From the NCBI GenBank assembly GCA_965222225.1, contig CBDCTK010000002.1, positions 4,544,001-4,608,000 of the forward strand: a stretch of DNA of 64,000 nucleotides, given 5' to 3'. Position numbers and translations under genes: made by a program. Position 1 is the first letter of the stretch, and every line of letters starts with the position of its first letter. Of the stretch, positions 19,255 through 28,746 are shown piece after piece. The notes below the pieces were generated by a model that made no database searches, was not told where the DNA came from, and was given only the letters and a program-made list of their open reading frames with translations. The stretch is from Candidatus Poribacteria bacterium (GTDB taxonomy: Bacteria > Poribacteria > WGA-4E > JAJDTR01).

Positions 19255-20175
19255 ATGTTACCTAAATATAGCGATATACCGTTCGTTTTCAATAAGGATC
19301 TTGGGCGTCCACAGCTACCTAAAGCCGATGCCTATTGCCGCACCAATTCTGAGGGGAGACCAATTGTCGAACTGACACCCGCACAGAAATATGCGTTTGA
19401 CTTACGCGGATGGTTGCTTGTCCCGGGCGTGTTGTCGGAAGGCGAGATGGATCCGATTCGGGAGCATATCGAACGACTTCACACGGATCCTGATTCGATT
19501 CCAGAAAAAGATCGTTCTTCAATCGGGGGAGCTTGTGCTAGCTTAACAGATCATCCGGTGGTAGTGGGCTTCATGAACGAGTTTGTCTACAATCCCTTCA
19601 CCGATGGAACAAAGAGTGGTCCCATAGGAAGCGAGCACTGCTACGGCTTTCGACTAGATTCCACCAATTCACAATACCGCCCGGCGAAGGAGGAATCTCC
19701 CGAGATTCCGAACAAAGGTAAATTCGTGCCGCACAATGGAAACGGAATGATGCGCCTGCCCGGCGATCACCACACCTATCACGCATTTCCGGGCCAGGCA
19801 AAGTCAATCTTGACGCGCGCCGTGTGGGAGCTTGCCCCGGTGAAGAAGGGCAAAGGGGGTACACTCTTTGTGAGCGGAAGTCACAAAGCCGCCTTTCCCA
19901 CCCCAATAGAGGCAGTCACAGACATGAATTCGTCATTTTGGGACACCTACAGTTGCCCGGCAGGTTCAGTGCTCTTCTTTACGGAGGCGGTTACGCATAG
20001 TCCGGGGGTCTGGACTAATAAGGACAATCCTCGGGCAGCTATCTTCAATCTCTACAACATAGTCGGCAGCAAGTGGTCAAACTGGGGGCCTCACCCGGAT
20101 TTGCTGGAACAGATGCCGCCGCAACGGCAAACGCTATTTCGACCTGTCTATGTAAACAGGAATGTCATTGCATAG
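19255..20175 (+). CDS. PhyH-family oxygenase (HxG type)
   Basis: FDLRGWL, PHNG, GGTLFVSGSHK, PAGSVLFFTEAVTH. Confidence 0.85.
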   Translation: MLPKYSDIPFVFNKDLGRPQLPKADAYCRTNSEGRPIVELTPAQKYAFDLRGWLLVPGVLSEGEMDPIREHIERLHTDPDSIPEKDRSSIGGACASLTDHPVVVGFMNEFVYNPFTDGTKSGPIGSEHCYGFRLDSTNSQYRPAKEESPEIPNKGKFVPHNGNGMMRLPGDHHTYHAFPGQAKSILTRAVWELAPVKKGKGGTLFVSGSHKAAFPTPIEAVTDMNSSFWDTYSCPAGSVLFFTEAVTHSPGVWTNKDNPRAAIFNLYNIVGSKWSNWGPHPDLLEQMPPQRQTLFRPVYVNRNVIA

Positions 20176-20916
20176 GTTGGCTGCACTTTGCCCATATCGC
20201 TGTCAAAATACGCGAGCCACCCACAGTATAATCCACCTCTGGGCAGCATTCTATCATCAGTACGCGGCACTCCTCCACGAAAGGATAACGGTTGCTGCCA
20301 AGGAGATTTGCAGAGTCAACCGAGTTAATCCACAGACGTTCCGTGCTCAAGGCGGACTGTATCCACATTTGATGCGAATTTGGAGTGGTTTCTTAACCCG
20401 TACCGATATGCCGGATATCGCTGTTGGAACGTGCATGACAACAATATGAAACGCAACCCTAAAACAGAATAGCCCCTATTTGTGGTGCCTTTTTTGTTCC
20501 CATTTTCTGCAATTGTGGTATAATATATGCTATTCCAATCCACAAGTGAGGTGACGAATTGTTCTATCAATTGATTCCGGGGCAGTGGGAATGAGTGACC
20601 TGCCACCGAAAAACTGGACGCAAAATCGGCATAGTCCCGTCACCGTTGACTTCCCCCTCCAAACCTTCTCCACTCTGCCCGAATTGATTCGACACACTTT
20701 CGAGGTCGAGGATATTGGTCTTACCGTTGCACCGAAAGCCCCATTTCAGCCGTCAAGCATCAGACTTAATTCACGCCGATTGCAACTCCAGCTCGGTGAA
20801 GCTGGTTCGTAACGCGTCGGTTGCCGCAGCGAGGATCTTTCAGACAAACCGTTTCAATAGTCTTCCGAAACCATGAGTCATCACGTTGAGTTTTTGATTC
20901 AGGAGGTGAGATTCAG

Positions 20917-21741
20917 ATGAAAAAAGTTGTTTCAATTTTCGGAGTGTTGTTTATTCTGGCAAAAATTTGCACCATGGCACTCGCCGATGCGGTTCCTGGC
21001 GCTTTGCTCTACCTTGACGCCCGTGACAATCCCGCGCATGATGGTGCCTGGACGAACCTCGGTACTGTTGGTGGAGAATTATCAGGCGCGGGCAAACCGC
21101 CGGTACTCGAAGAGGGCACAATCGCGATACCTGCTCTTGGTATTGATACAATCTCGAAGTTCTATACCCACGAGAAGTCCGGTCAGTGCTGGGGCGGCCA
21201 AGGTGACAACCTCAAACTGTTTCTTGAGCACTGGACCATCGAGTTTCTATTCAAAATCAATGGCGATTCTCACAAGAATTCACCTAGAAATCAGTTTGTG
21301 GGTTTTCAGCCCAAGAAGCTGCGAGGAGAAAATGCGATTCGGCTTAATTTTCAGTCGGATATCGGTGAGCTTTGGGGCCAATTCAGCAATGTGCAGGCGG
21401 CGCTCAGACCTAATACGGGGCTTGAAGAAGGCGTGTGGACCTGGATGACTCTCTTGAGCGGAGACACGATTAAGATATACCACGAAGGCAAAATCAAGAA
21501 TCTGTTGCCGGGTGCCAAAAAATTCAACAAGGAGACGCCTATAGAAGTGGTCGTAATAGGCGCGAATAGCTATGGAGAACGCGACCAGACCTTCAACGGC
21601 TCGGTTGCACTCGTTCGTTTCTATGACAGAGTATTGAGCAAAGATGAGATTAACCAAAACATCACAGCCTGGACTGAATGGCGCAGCGTTGATCCTGCCT
21701 CAAAACTCTCAACGACCTGGGGTAGCATCAAAGGAGAATGA
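20917..21741 (+). CDS. Secreted LamG/concanavalin-like protein with TWG C-terminal tail
   Basis: RBS AGGAGG; signal peptide; WTIEF, FNGSVALVRFYDRVLS; ends VDPASKLSTTWGSIKGE. Confidence 0.85.
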   Translation: MKKVVSIFGVLFILAKICTMALADAVPGALLYLDARDNPAHDGAWTNLGTVGGELSGAGKPPVLEEGTIAIPALGIDTISKFYTHEKSGQCWGGQGDNLKLFLEHWTIEFLFKINGDSHKNSPRNQFVGFQPKKLRGENAIRLNFQSDIGELWGQFSNVQAALRPNTGLEEGVWTWMTLLSGDTIKIYHEGKIKNLLPGAKKFNKETPIEVVVIGANSYGERDQTFNGSVALVRFYDRVLSKDEINQNITAWTEWRSVDPASKLSTTWGSIKGE

Positions 21742-21895
21742 GAGTCTCTCAAAACAGTGTAGGGCAATGATCTTGCCTTTTTCTTACCCTTTGATCTGGG
21801 ACAAAAATTAAATCCTTCCGGATGGCAAATGTGTGACGAGGTAAAAACGCTTTGTTTGAGCGATGATGATCCTTTGATTCAGAGGTGAAATTCTG

Positions 21896-22717
21896 ATGAA
21901 AACAGTAGTCTCAGTTCTCTTCGTGTTGTTTGTTCTGCCAACTGTTTGCACCATAGCGCTCGCCGACGCGGTACCTGGCGCTTTGCTCTACCTTGACGCC
22001 CGTGACAATCGCGCGCATCCGACCGCTTGGACGAACCACGGCACGGCTGGTGGAGAATTGTCAGGCGCGGGTAATTCGCCGGAACTTGAAGAGGGCACAA
22101 TTGCTATACCTGCCCTTGGTATTGATACGATCTCGAGGTTCTATACCCACAGGAAGCCCGGTCAGTGCTGGGGCGGCAAAGGCGACGGCCTGAAAATATT
22201 TCTCGAAACCTGGACCATCGAGCTACTTGTCAGAATGAATTCCATTGACGATTCCCACAGAGCTGGACTTAGGAATCAGATTGCCGGCTTTCAGCCCCAG
22301 AAGTTGGAAGGAGACAATGCCATTCGGATTAGTTTTTGGTGGGAGCCAGGTGAGATTGGGGGCCAATTCGGAGGGGCGAGAGACAATCTGCTTCTGCTCG
22401 AGGAAGATGTGTGGACCTGGATAAATTTTGTTAGCGGAGCGACGATCAAGCTATACAAGGACGGTAGAGTGCGCAACCTGATGGAGGGCGCCAAATTCAA
22501 CAAGGAGACGCCTATAGAAGTGGTCGTAATAGGTGCGAATAGCTATGGTGAACGCGCTCGGAACTTCAACGGCTCGATAGCTCTCGTTCGTGTCTATGAC
22601 AGAGCATTGAGCACAGCTGAGATTAAACAGAACATCACAGCTTGGGCCGAATGGCGAAGCGTCGATCCTGCCTCAAAACTCGCGACGACCTGGGGTGGAG
22701 TGAAGACAAGATATTGA
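21896..22717 (+). CDS. Secreted LamG-like protein, tandem paralog
   Basis: Colinear with 20917..21741; ends VDPASKLATTWGGVKTRY. Confidence 0.85.
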   Translation: MKTVVSVLFVLFVLPTVCTIALADAVPGALLYLDARDNRAHPTAWTNHGTAGGELSGAGNSPELEEGTIAIPALGIDTISRFYTHRKPGQCWGGKGDGLKIFLETWTIELLVRMNSIDDSHRAGLRNQIAGFQPQKLEGDNAIRISFWWEPGEIGGQFGGARDNLLLLEEDVWTWINFVSGATIKLYKDGRVRNLMEGAKFNKETPIEVVVIGANSYGERARNFNGSIALVRVYDRALSTAEIKQNITAWAEWRSVDPASKLATTWGGVKTRY

Positions 22718-22788
22718 CTCGCTGGTTGGTAAATGGGCCACCCGTCTGGCAGCCAACAGTATATTAGGTCACTGCATCGTGCTCCTCT

Positions 22789-23964
22789 CTATCTACCCAA
22801 GCGTTTTTCTTCTTCTGTAAGCCATTCCGGGTCGGTCATCGGCATTGGTTCAGGTGCCTCTAATCCAGCCTCTCTGCGCCAGCGGATCAAAGGGTGTTCA
22901 CGGTTAGATTGGGGGAGATCTACGCGAGTACCGTATGCCGCTGACTCAAAAATACCCATAATGATTTCGATGACATGACTCCCCTCGGCACCACTGCATT
23001 CGTGCTCCCGCCCTTCATCTAGTGCCCGTACATATTCGTCCACAAACCAATAATCACCTTCATTCAAGTTGATATTGCCGGGGGTCGTTTCGACCGCTTG
23101 TGCAAAGCTGTCCGCATAGATGGGTGTTAGCACTTCCCATCCATCCCGCTCATTTGCGGGCGGAACGTGAGGATTGGGCAACCACCAAGCCCCTCGCGGA
23201 TGCCACATTAATCGCCCTTCTGTTCCATAGAGTTCAACGACGTGGGCATCTAACTCGATTTTCTTAAATTGGTGTTGGAGCAGCGTCCCCGTCACCCCAT
23301 TGGCAAACTGTAAGGTCGCGGTGACGTGGTCACCCGCTATAATGCCATTTCCGCGTGGGGCAGGCAGAACTTCCTGTGGGGTGATTGGGCGGCCACGGGT
23401 GGTCGCATGCGCCGTGACACTCTGACAATGACCACCATATTTGATGACTTGAGTCAGTACATGCGTGCCAATCTCCATCAGACCAAAGCCTCCGTAATAG
23501 CCCTTACCGCTGGCATAGATGTAGCGCAACTCGCCGATCCGACCCGCCTGATAAGCTTGATTAACAGCTTGGTTCCAAGCACTCAACCGCCATTGATGAT
23601 GCACCACGACCTGGACGCCCTTTTCAGCTGCTTTGTTCATCACCGCATCCGTCTCGATGAGATCCATTCCCATCGGTTTTTCAACTTCGATGTTAACGCC
23701 ATGTTCCAGCACCCGCAACGCTAAGGGAGCATGCAAGGCTGGTGCGGTCGGGATAGCGACAATATCTGGATCAGTCTGGCGAATCATCTCATCCAAATCC
23801 GTAAAACGAGCGCCTAGGTCAAGCTCATCTCCCAGAGTGTTCAGTCGGTCTTCGATCAAGTCGCACAATCCGACTACCTTCGTCCGCGGGTGGGCGTGAT
23901 AGACTCTAGCGGCTGATGTTCCGCGGGATCGACACCCTAAAATAGCGACGCGATACGTTTTCAT
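22789..23964 (-). CDS. Gfo/Idh/MocA oxidoreductase
   Basis: RVAILGC, CDL, PDIVAIPT, EKPM, EIGTH, LYGTEG. Confidence 0.9.
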   Translation of the reverse strand: MKTYRVAILGCRSRGTSAARVYHAHPRTKVVGLCDLIEDRLNTLGDELDLGARFTDLDEMIRQTDPDIVAIPTAPALHAPLALRVLEHGVNIEVEKPMGMDLIETDAVMNKAAEKGVQVVVHHQWRLSAWNQAVNQAYQAGRIGELRYIYASGKGYYGGFGLMEIGTHVLTQVIKYGGHCQSVTAHATTRGRPITPQEVLPAPRGNGIIAGDHVTATLQFANGVTGTLLQHQFKKIELDAHVVELYGTEGRLMWHPRGAWWLPNPHVPPANERDGWEVLTPIYADSFAQAVETTPGNINLNEGDYWFVDEYVRALDEGREHECSGAEGSHVIEIIMGIFESAAYGTRVDLPQSNREHPLIRWRREAGLEAPEPMPMTDPEWLTEEEKRLGR

Positions 23965-24135
23965 TTTTCCCCTTTGAAAGTAAACTCGCTGCTTTCTTGT
24001 TGTAATGCGCCGTCGCCAAAAATCACGGCGCAAGTCTCACCGCTGGTTGTTTTCGTAGCGGCTTCCATATAACAGACACTAAAGGCTCGTCGTGGTATTT
24101 CGGTTGTGTTAACCCCGGATGCGTGGGGAAGGTAG
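23961..24135 (-). pseudogene. C-terminal remnant of a PhyH-family gene
   Basis: LPHASGVNTTEIPRRAFSVCYM matches a PhyH C-terminus; stop overlaps the Gfo start; 5' part missing. Confidence 0.6.
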
Positions 24136-24470
24136 ATGTAAGGATGTGTCCGGTCGTCTAGTGGTTGTCGTGTCCCCGAGCTACATTTGAAGCGGTAATG
24201 AGGAATACTGACCCAAGCAGGTTTGGCAACAATTAAAATTTGGCAGCTTTCGCTGCCTACCTTGGAAACAATAATAACGTGGGCGTTAGATTGAACAAGG
24301 CCACTAGAGATTATCCGATAGAGTCCCGAAAAGGTCAAGAAGAAATTGCTTACGTTTTTGATAAATTCTTTTTAACCCCGCACGGATCAAAACGGTATCA
24401 TACCATTTGTAGTATTAGATGAGGGTTTCCTTTTACGGGTAATGTCTGTAGTTTAAAAGGTGCACGTACG

Positions 24471-24567
24471 AATCAGTTTGCCGGCTTTTAGCCCAAGAAG
24501 TTGCAAGGACCCAATGCGATTCGACTTTTTTTGGTTAGGTCTAGGTGAGCTTGGACGTATATTCAGT
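24471..24567 (+). pseudogene. Relic of a third LamG-like paralog
   Basis: NQFAGF*PKKLQGPNAIRL aligns to NQFVGFQPKKLRGENAIRL of 20917..21741, with CAG>TAG and a frameshift. Confidence 0.75.
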
Positions 24568-24682
24568 GACGGGGGAGGCACGATACTCAGAGGGTGAAAT
24601 AACGTGGAGGCGCGAGATTCGGTATCGGTGTAAAATTCGATCCTGCGAGCTCAAAAGATTGACAGAGACCGCTGCTGCAGCT

Positions 24683-26035
24683 TCAATTCAGAACTCTCAG
24701 GAATTTGAAACCGTAATTCCCGAGCTGAAGGTCAAGCTCACCATTCTCGTTCGCCGTAATCGTCTCTCCGCTGAAATAATTGGTCAGGGTCTTCGCTTGA
24801 TCGCCGAGGAAGGTTTTCACCTGCTTCGGTGCGTCACCAAAGTTGAATACGGTGACGGCCATTTCAGTCTCATCGTCGCTCGTGCGTAATGCCGCAAAGA
24901 CCGTATTCCTGCAATCAGTGGGCAGTTCCTCGATCTCACCGATTGCGAGCGCCTTCTCCCTAGCGCGCAGTGAAAATACCCGCTTGAAGAACTCGTACGG
25001 CGAATCGGGATCGCCCTCCTGACGATCAATCTCGGCCCAATCGATTTTCCCGGAGCGGGGCTCGTCAACTATGGGAGGGGGTTTGATTGGCTTTGTGGGG
25101 TAGGTCATGTCGTTCGCAGAGGCCCATATCTGGTCCGGCAGTGCCGCGTTGAACGCAACTTGAAGACGCCACGCCGGCAGTTTGTTGACCAAAGGGAAAG
25201 GCTTCTGCCTGGGGTCCCCAAATTGCTGATACGGAAACATGTCGTAGTCAATCAAGGCCTGTCTTGTTACCAATCCATGCCGGATGTAGTCCGGGTCGTG
25301 CTCCAGAATCGCTTTTGTCTCGTTGTAGAGCTGGGTTCGTCGGAAGCCCGTGCCCCCGTTGAACCCGCCGTGGCGGATAATGTCATGCTCCAGTGCCATA
25401 TTCTCGCTGGTGATGAAGCCGCCCCGATCCTTCACATAATCTGTGAGCGTTCTGACCACCTCGACGTTGAGGTTCCTCCACGAGGCAATTGAGTCAACGT
25501 CCCAGCCGGAAATTCCGTGATCCATCCAGAATCCGATGTGTTCGAGGTACGCCTCCATATAGGTGGGATTCGCGAAGTCGGGCCCAGGATGATTCCATGT
25601 CGTGGCTACCGTCCCGTCGTCCTCCCACTGAAACCATGAGATCCTAGGGTCATCCCTCCCTTCCTCATGGGCTTTCCTTGCGGCTACATAATCGGGGTGG
25701 TGCCAACCCATGTATTCCGGAACCGCCATCACCAGAAGTTTGAAATCCTTCTTTCTGGAGTCTTCTACGAGCCGATCGAAGTCCTCCATAGTTCCATAGA
25801 GAGGATCTACGTCGAACCAATCCTGTGCCACCAGTCCCGACCACTCGAAGTCATCGTCAAACCGGGTTACTTGATGGAGCAGCAGTCCGGATATGCCCAT
25901 ATCAATGAGGTAATCTAGATGCTGACGGATCCCTTCAAAGTCTCCGAATCCATCGCCGTTCGAGTCCCACGCCCGAGGGACAGTGAGGCTCAGCAGAGTT
26001 GGGTGCGTTGACCACCACCCAGACGGTTTAGCCAT
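24683..26035 (-). CDS. Divergent alpha-amylase (GH13-like) glycoside hydrolase
   Basis: DSNGDGFGDFEGIRQHLDYL, VDPLYGTMEDFDRLV, GWDVD, C-terminal beta domain; RBS GAAGGAG. Confidence 0.8.
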   Translation of the reverse strand: MAKPSGWWSTHPTLLSLTVPRAWDSNGDGFGDFEGIRQHLDYLIDMGISGLLLHQVTRFDDDFEWSGLVAQDWFDVDPLYGTMEDFDRLVEDSRKKDFKLLVMAVPEYMGWHHPDYVAARKAHEEGRDDPRISWFQWEDDGTVATTWNHPGPDFANPTYMEAYLEHIGFWMDHGISGWDVDSIASWRNLNVEVVRTLTDYVKDRGGFITSENMALEHDIIRHGGFNGGTGFRRTQLYNETKAILEHDPDYIRHGLVTRQALIDYDMFPYQQFGDPRQKPFPLVNKLPAWRLQVAFNAALPDQIWASANDMTYPTKPIKPPPIVDEPRSGKIDWAEIDRQEGDPDSPYEFFKRVFSLRAREKALAIGEIEELPTDCRNTVFAALRTSDDETEMAVTVFNFGDAPKQVKTFLGDQAKTLTNYFSGETITANENGELDLQLGNYGFKFLRVLN

Positions 26036-26280
26036 GTTATGACTCCTTCAATTTACGCCACCCATTCTTGGCGTAAAATTCGCCAGTGGTGGCGCGGGGA
26101 TTTGTGTGCGTCCGTTGGATGGATCGATTAGCGACGGATTCCTGCAATTGCACCAAACTTGCAGCCTTCGCCGCCTGACGGCTAAGGACGCCGTCAGGCT
26201 GTAGTCCAAACCGTCTGTGGGGAGTAATACCATTTCTCTATATTTGCTGTGCATTAATAGCGTCAATCAAGCCTCTCCGA

Positions 26281-26360
26281 GGCGGGGCAAGAAGATCTCT
26301 ATCGCGGTCACTACAGGATCTTCTATCGCCTTCGCTATTCGCTCAGTTGATCCCCGGCTA
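26281..26360 (+). repeat. REP hairpin interrupted by 38-bp units
   Basis: GGCGGGGCAA, partial unit 26291-26314, full unit 26315-26352, then CCCGGCTA. Confidence 0.78.
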
Positions 26361-26380
26361 TTCACCACCTTTGCCCTTTA

Positions 26381-26618
26381 GAGCCTGATTGAATAATCGG
26401 TAGCAAAGCCATTTTTGGTCATTTGAAGACACGATTTTTCATGTTGTTATTGTTGCCTGCTACGTACCTGTGGGATCCCTACGAGATTTCTATCGCGGTG
26501 GGATCTTCTATCGCACTCGCTATCTGCTCGCTTGATCCTATTCGGTCACTTGATCACTCGTTATCCACTCGCTTGATCGCAGTGCGCACCCTACAAACTG
26601 TACTTTTCAAACAGGCTC
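26381..26618 (+). mobile_element. IS5-like MITE (238 bp) with triple-nested 38-bp units
   Basis: TIRs GAGCCTGATTGAA / TTCAAACAGGCTC; flanks TTA and TTG; nested units 26472-26578. Confidence 0.82.
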
Positions 26619-26622
26619 TTGA

Positions 26623-28746
26623 TTAAATCCGTTTAATGGCACAACCGCTCCATCCCCAGCGTTTGTTGAGCCTTCTTCCGCGCGAATATATTACCTGAGT
26701 CAGACGTTCATCGGTGATCGTGACATTGTAGCGCCTTTCCACCGTTTCATGTCCCGTCGGAAGTCTCAATTTCTTGATTTTCTTCTCCCCGTTGGCAACG
26801 AGATTTATCTCCTGCGGCTCAGAGCCGCCAGTTGAGAAATAGCAGGTCACTTCATATTCCCCGTTGGGAAGAGCAACTCTGAAAACGCCATCCTCTTCAC
26901 CCCACACACTGTCACGATAGGGTTCCGGGAGGTTGGCTTTGCTGATGAACTCTTCGCGTTCCGACCTGGTTAACCACCCATATCTCCCATCGGTGTATAC
27001 AGTATCGTCATATATGGCAATGTGATTTGGTGCCGTCTGTCCATTGTGGGATTGCATGTCAAATTTTATCGTGGTTCTGCCGCCCCACAAATTTTCGTCG
27101 GGGCTTGCCGTTTTGCGGCGATAGAGTCTGTTATAGTTGTTGGAATGAATCAGTTCAAAGTCATCTTCCAACTCCTCTGTTTCATCATATTCTGTCCGCC
27201 ACAATATCATATAGTCTGCAGTGAAGGGTGTTTTCCAGCGCCTCCCTGCCAAACTCTCTGCGGAAAAGTCTCTTTCTCTGAAGCGGACGGGGAAATGATC
27301 AGTCTTCGCCTCATAGTTCTTGAGATATGCTATCCCATTATTCACAGCCAAAAAGCACTCTGTGTGCCCGAACGGTGCCACGTATTTGGGTTTCCAGCCC
27401 AGTGAGTCCGATGGGCCATTCCACTCCTCAGGGCGACTTGTGAGGATCGTATGCTTCTCAAGCATACCAGCGGATGAAGTAGCGTTTTCTATATCCTTAT
27501 TCAGAAGATAGTACGTCTGAACATTATAACCAAGATGCCATAATGATAGGGTGATGATGATCCCGGCAGTTGCATATTTTATGTGCTTATGAAGATTGAT
27601 GCTGAAAAATGGAAGAAGCACCAGAAAGATGTAGAGATGGATTCTGTCGTTTATCCAGCCGCCGCCGTATCCGGTCCAGGGAAATTTGAAATACATTACC
27701 GTCAAGATAATCGCCATTAGCAGAAACAGATCTCTTCTGCTCACAATTCTGGTCCATAGACGTTCTTTAGTATCTTCCGATTCCGACGATTTGCAGAATC
27801 TGTAGACATGCCAGACTCTGTCTATGAGCGTTAGCAGAAAAGCTATGGCAAAAATAGCCAGTAGAACGCGTCCGATGAGAATGTGTTCATCTCGGAAGGA
27901 GACCAGCGACTTCATAGAGAAGAAATATTCCTTCAACCATTCAAGACCCCTGTGTCCGCCACCCCTACGAGGCCTTTCCAAAAAGTAAGAAAACATGATG
28001 AAATACGCTGGCAGCATGGACACCAGAAAAAGAAAAGTCGGTTTGAGTTTCGCGGCACAGCTCTTCAGCCCGCTTGCCAGTTTATTTTCATTTTCCCCTG
28101 ATATTTCCCTAAATCCCCACTTCATATGCAGCGCCTCATACAGCGATAGGAACACTGCGAAGAACGTCAGCGACATCATAAGCATCGCATAGGATTGGTA
28201 GTGGGTGAGGTAAGTCGCTATTAGCAGTACATATATTACCCCGATGTTCGTGAGGGTGAGTTCATCCCTGTGTCTCCACCAGTATCCCAAGGTGAAAAAG
28301 AAAAGGGACATACTCAGGACAAAGTTGTAAAAACCCATGTGAAGAAGGTAGTTGTAGGCGAAGATAAATCCAACCAATCCAAAAAGTGTTTTTCCCTTCT
28401 GGACTCCGTTGAGGAAATAGAACAGGGATAACGGCAGCAGCCCGATGCAGATGGAGATTAGAATCTTTTCACAGATGATCGGTGGGAAGACATACATTAG
28501 TAGCGCCAGAAACGCGTGGGAGGACCAGTTGGGGAAAAGCGTCAGGTTCAGTTCGTAAACTTCCCGTAGTCTGTAGTTTTCGTGATTGTGATACTCCTTC
28601 AATATATAGGAGTTATAAATATGACTCGCCCCATCCTGTGTGGGAAAATAACTGAAGACCCAGACCGGCAGAAGATGTATTACCAGCAACGTAATAATGA
28701 TGAGTTTTCCTACAGAAGCACCACCGGCGAAGTCATGTTTCGTCAT
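26623..28746 (-). CDS. Polytopic membrane protein (GT-C-like) with C-terminal carbohydrate-binding-like domain
   Basis: About 10-12 hydrophobic segments; FPTQDGASH, LFPNW, HMGFYNF, GGWINDR; tail FRVALPNGEYEVTCYF. Start set at M70 of the ORF. Confidence 0.65.
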   Translation of the reverse strand: MTKHDFAGGASVGKLIIITLLVIHLLPVWVFSYFPTQDGASHIYNSYILKEYHNHENYRLREVYELNLTLFPNWSSHAFLALLMYVFPPIICEKILISICIGLLPLSLFYFLNGVQKGKTLFGLVGFIFAYNYLLHMGFYNFVLSMSLFFFTLGYWWRHRDELTLTNIGVIYVLLIATYLTHYQSYAMLMMSLTFFAVFLSLYEALHMKWGFREISGENENKLASGLKSCAAKLKPTFLFLVSMLPAYFIMFSYFLERPRRGGGHRGLEWLKEYFFSMKSLVSFRDEHILIGRVLLAIFAIAFLLTLIDRVWHVYRFCKSSESEDTKERLWTRIVSRRDLFLLMAIILTVMYFKFPWTGYGGGWINDRIHLYIFLVLLPFFSINLHKHIKYATAGIIITLSLWHLGYNVQTYYLLNKDIENATSSAGMLEKHTILTSRPEEWNGPSDSLGWKPKYVAPFGHTECFLAVNNGIAYLKNYEAKTDHFPVRFRERDFSAESLAGRRWKTPFTADYMILWRTEYDETEELEDDFELIHSNNYNRLYRRKTASPDENLWGGRTTIKFDMQSHNGQTAPNHIAIYDDTVYTDGRYGWLTRSEREEFISKANLPEPYRDSVWGEEDGVFRVALPNGEYEVTCYFSTGGSEPQEINLVANGEKKIKKLRLPTGHETVERRYNVTITDERLTQVIYSRGRRLNKRWGWSGCAIKRI

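Noticed and set aside
20180-20860. ORFs 20162..20449, 20325..20606 and 20585..20812
   Set aside because: No recognisable motifs or convincing RBS; possibly decayed gene debris.
26472-26578. 38-bp repeats as a CRISPR array
   Set aside because: Length is CRISPR-like, but there are no unique spacers, copies are split and nested, and no cas genes are present.
26423-26626. Small ORFs over MITEs (also 4533..4772, 31207..31425, 61612..61803)
   Set aside because: They are translations of repeat DNA with no protein motifs.
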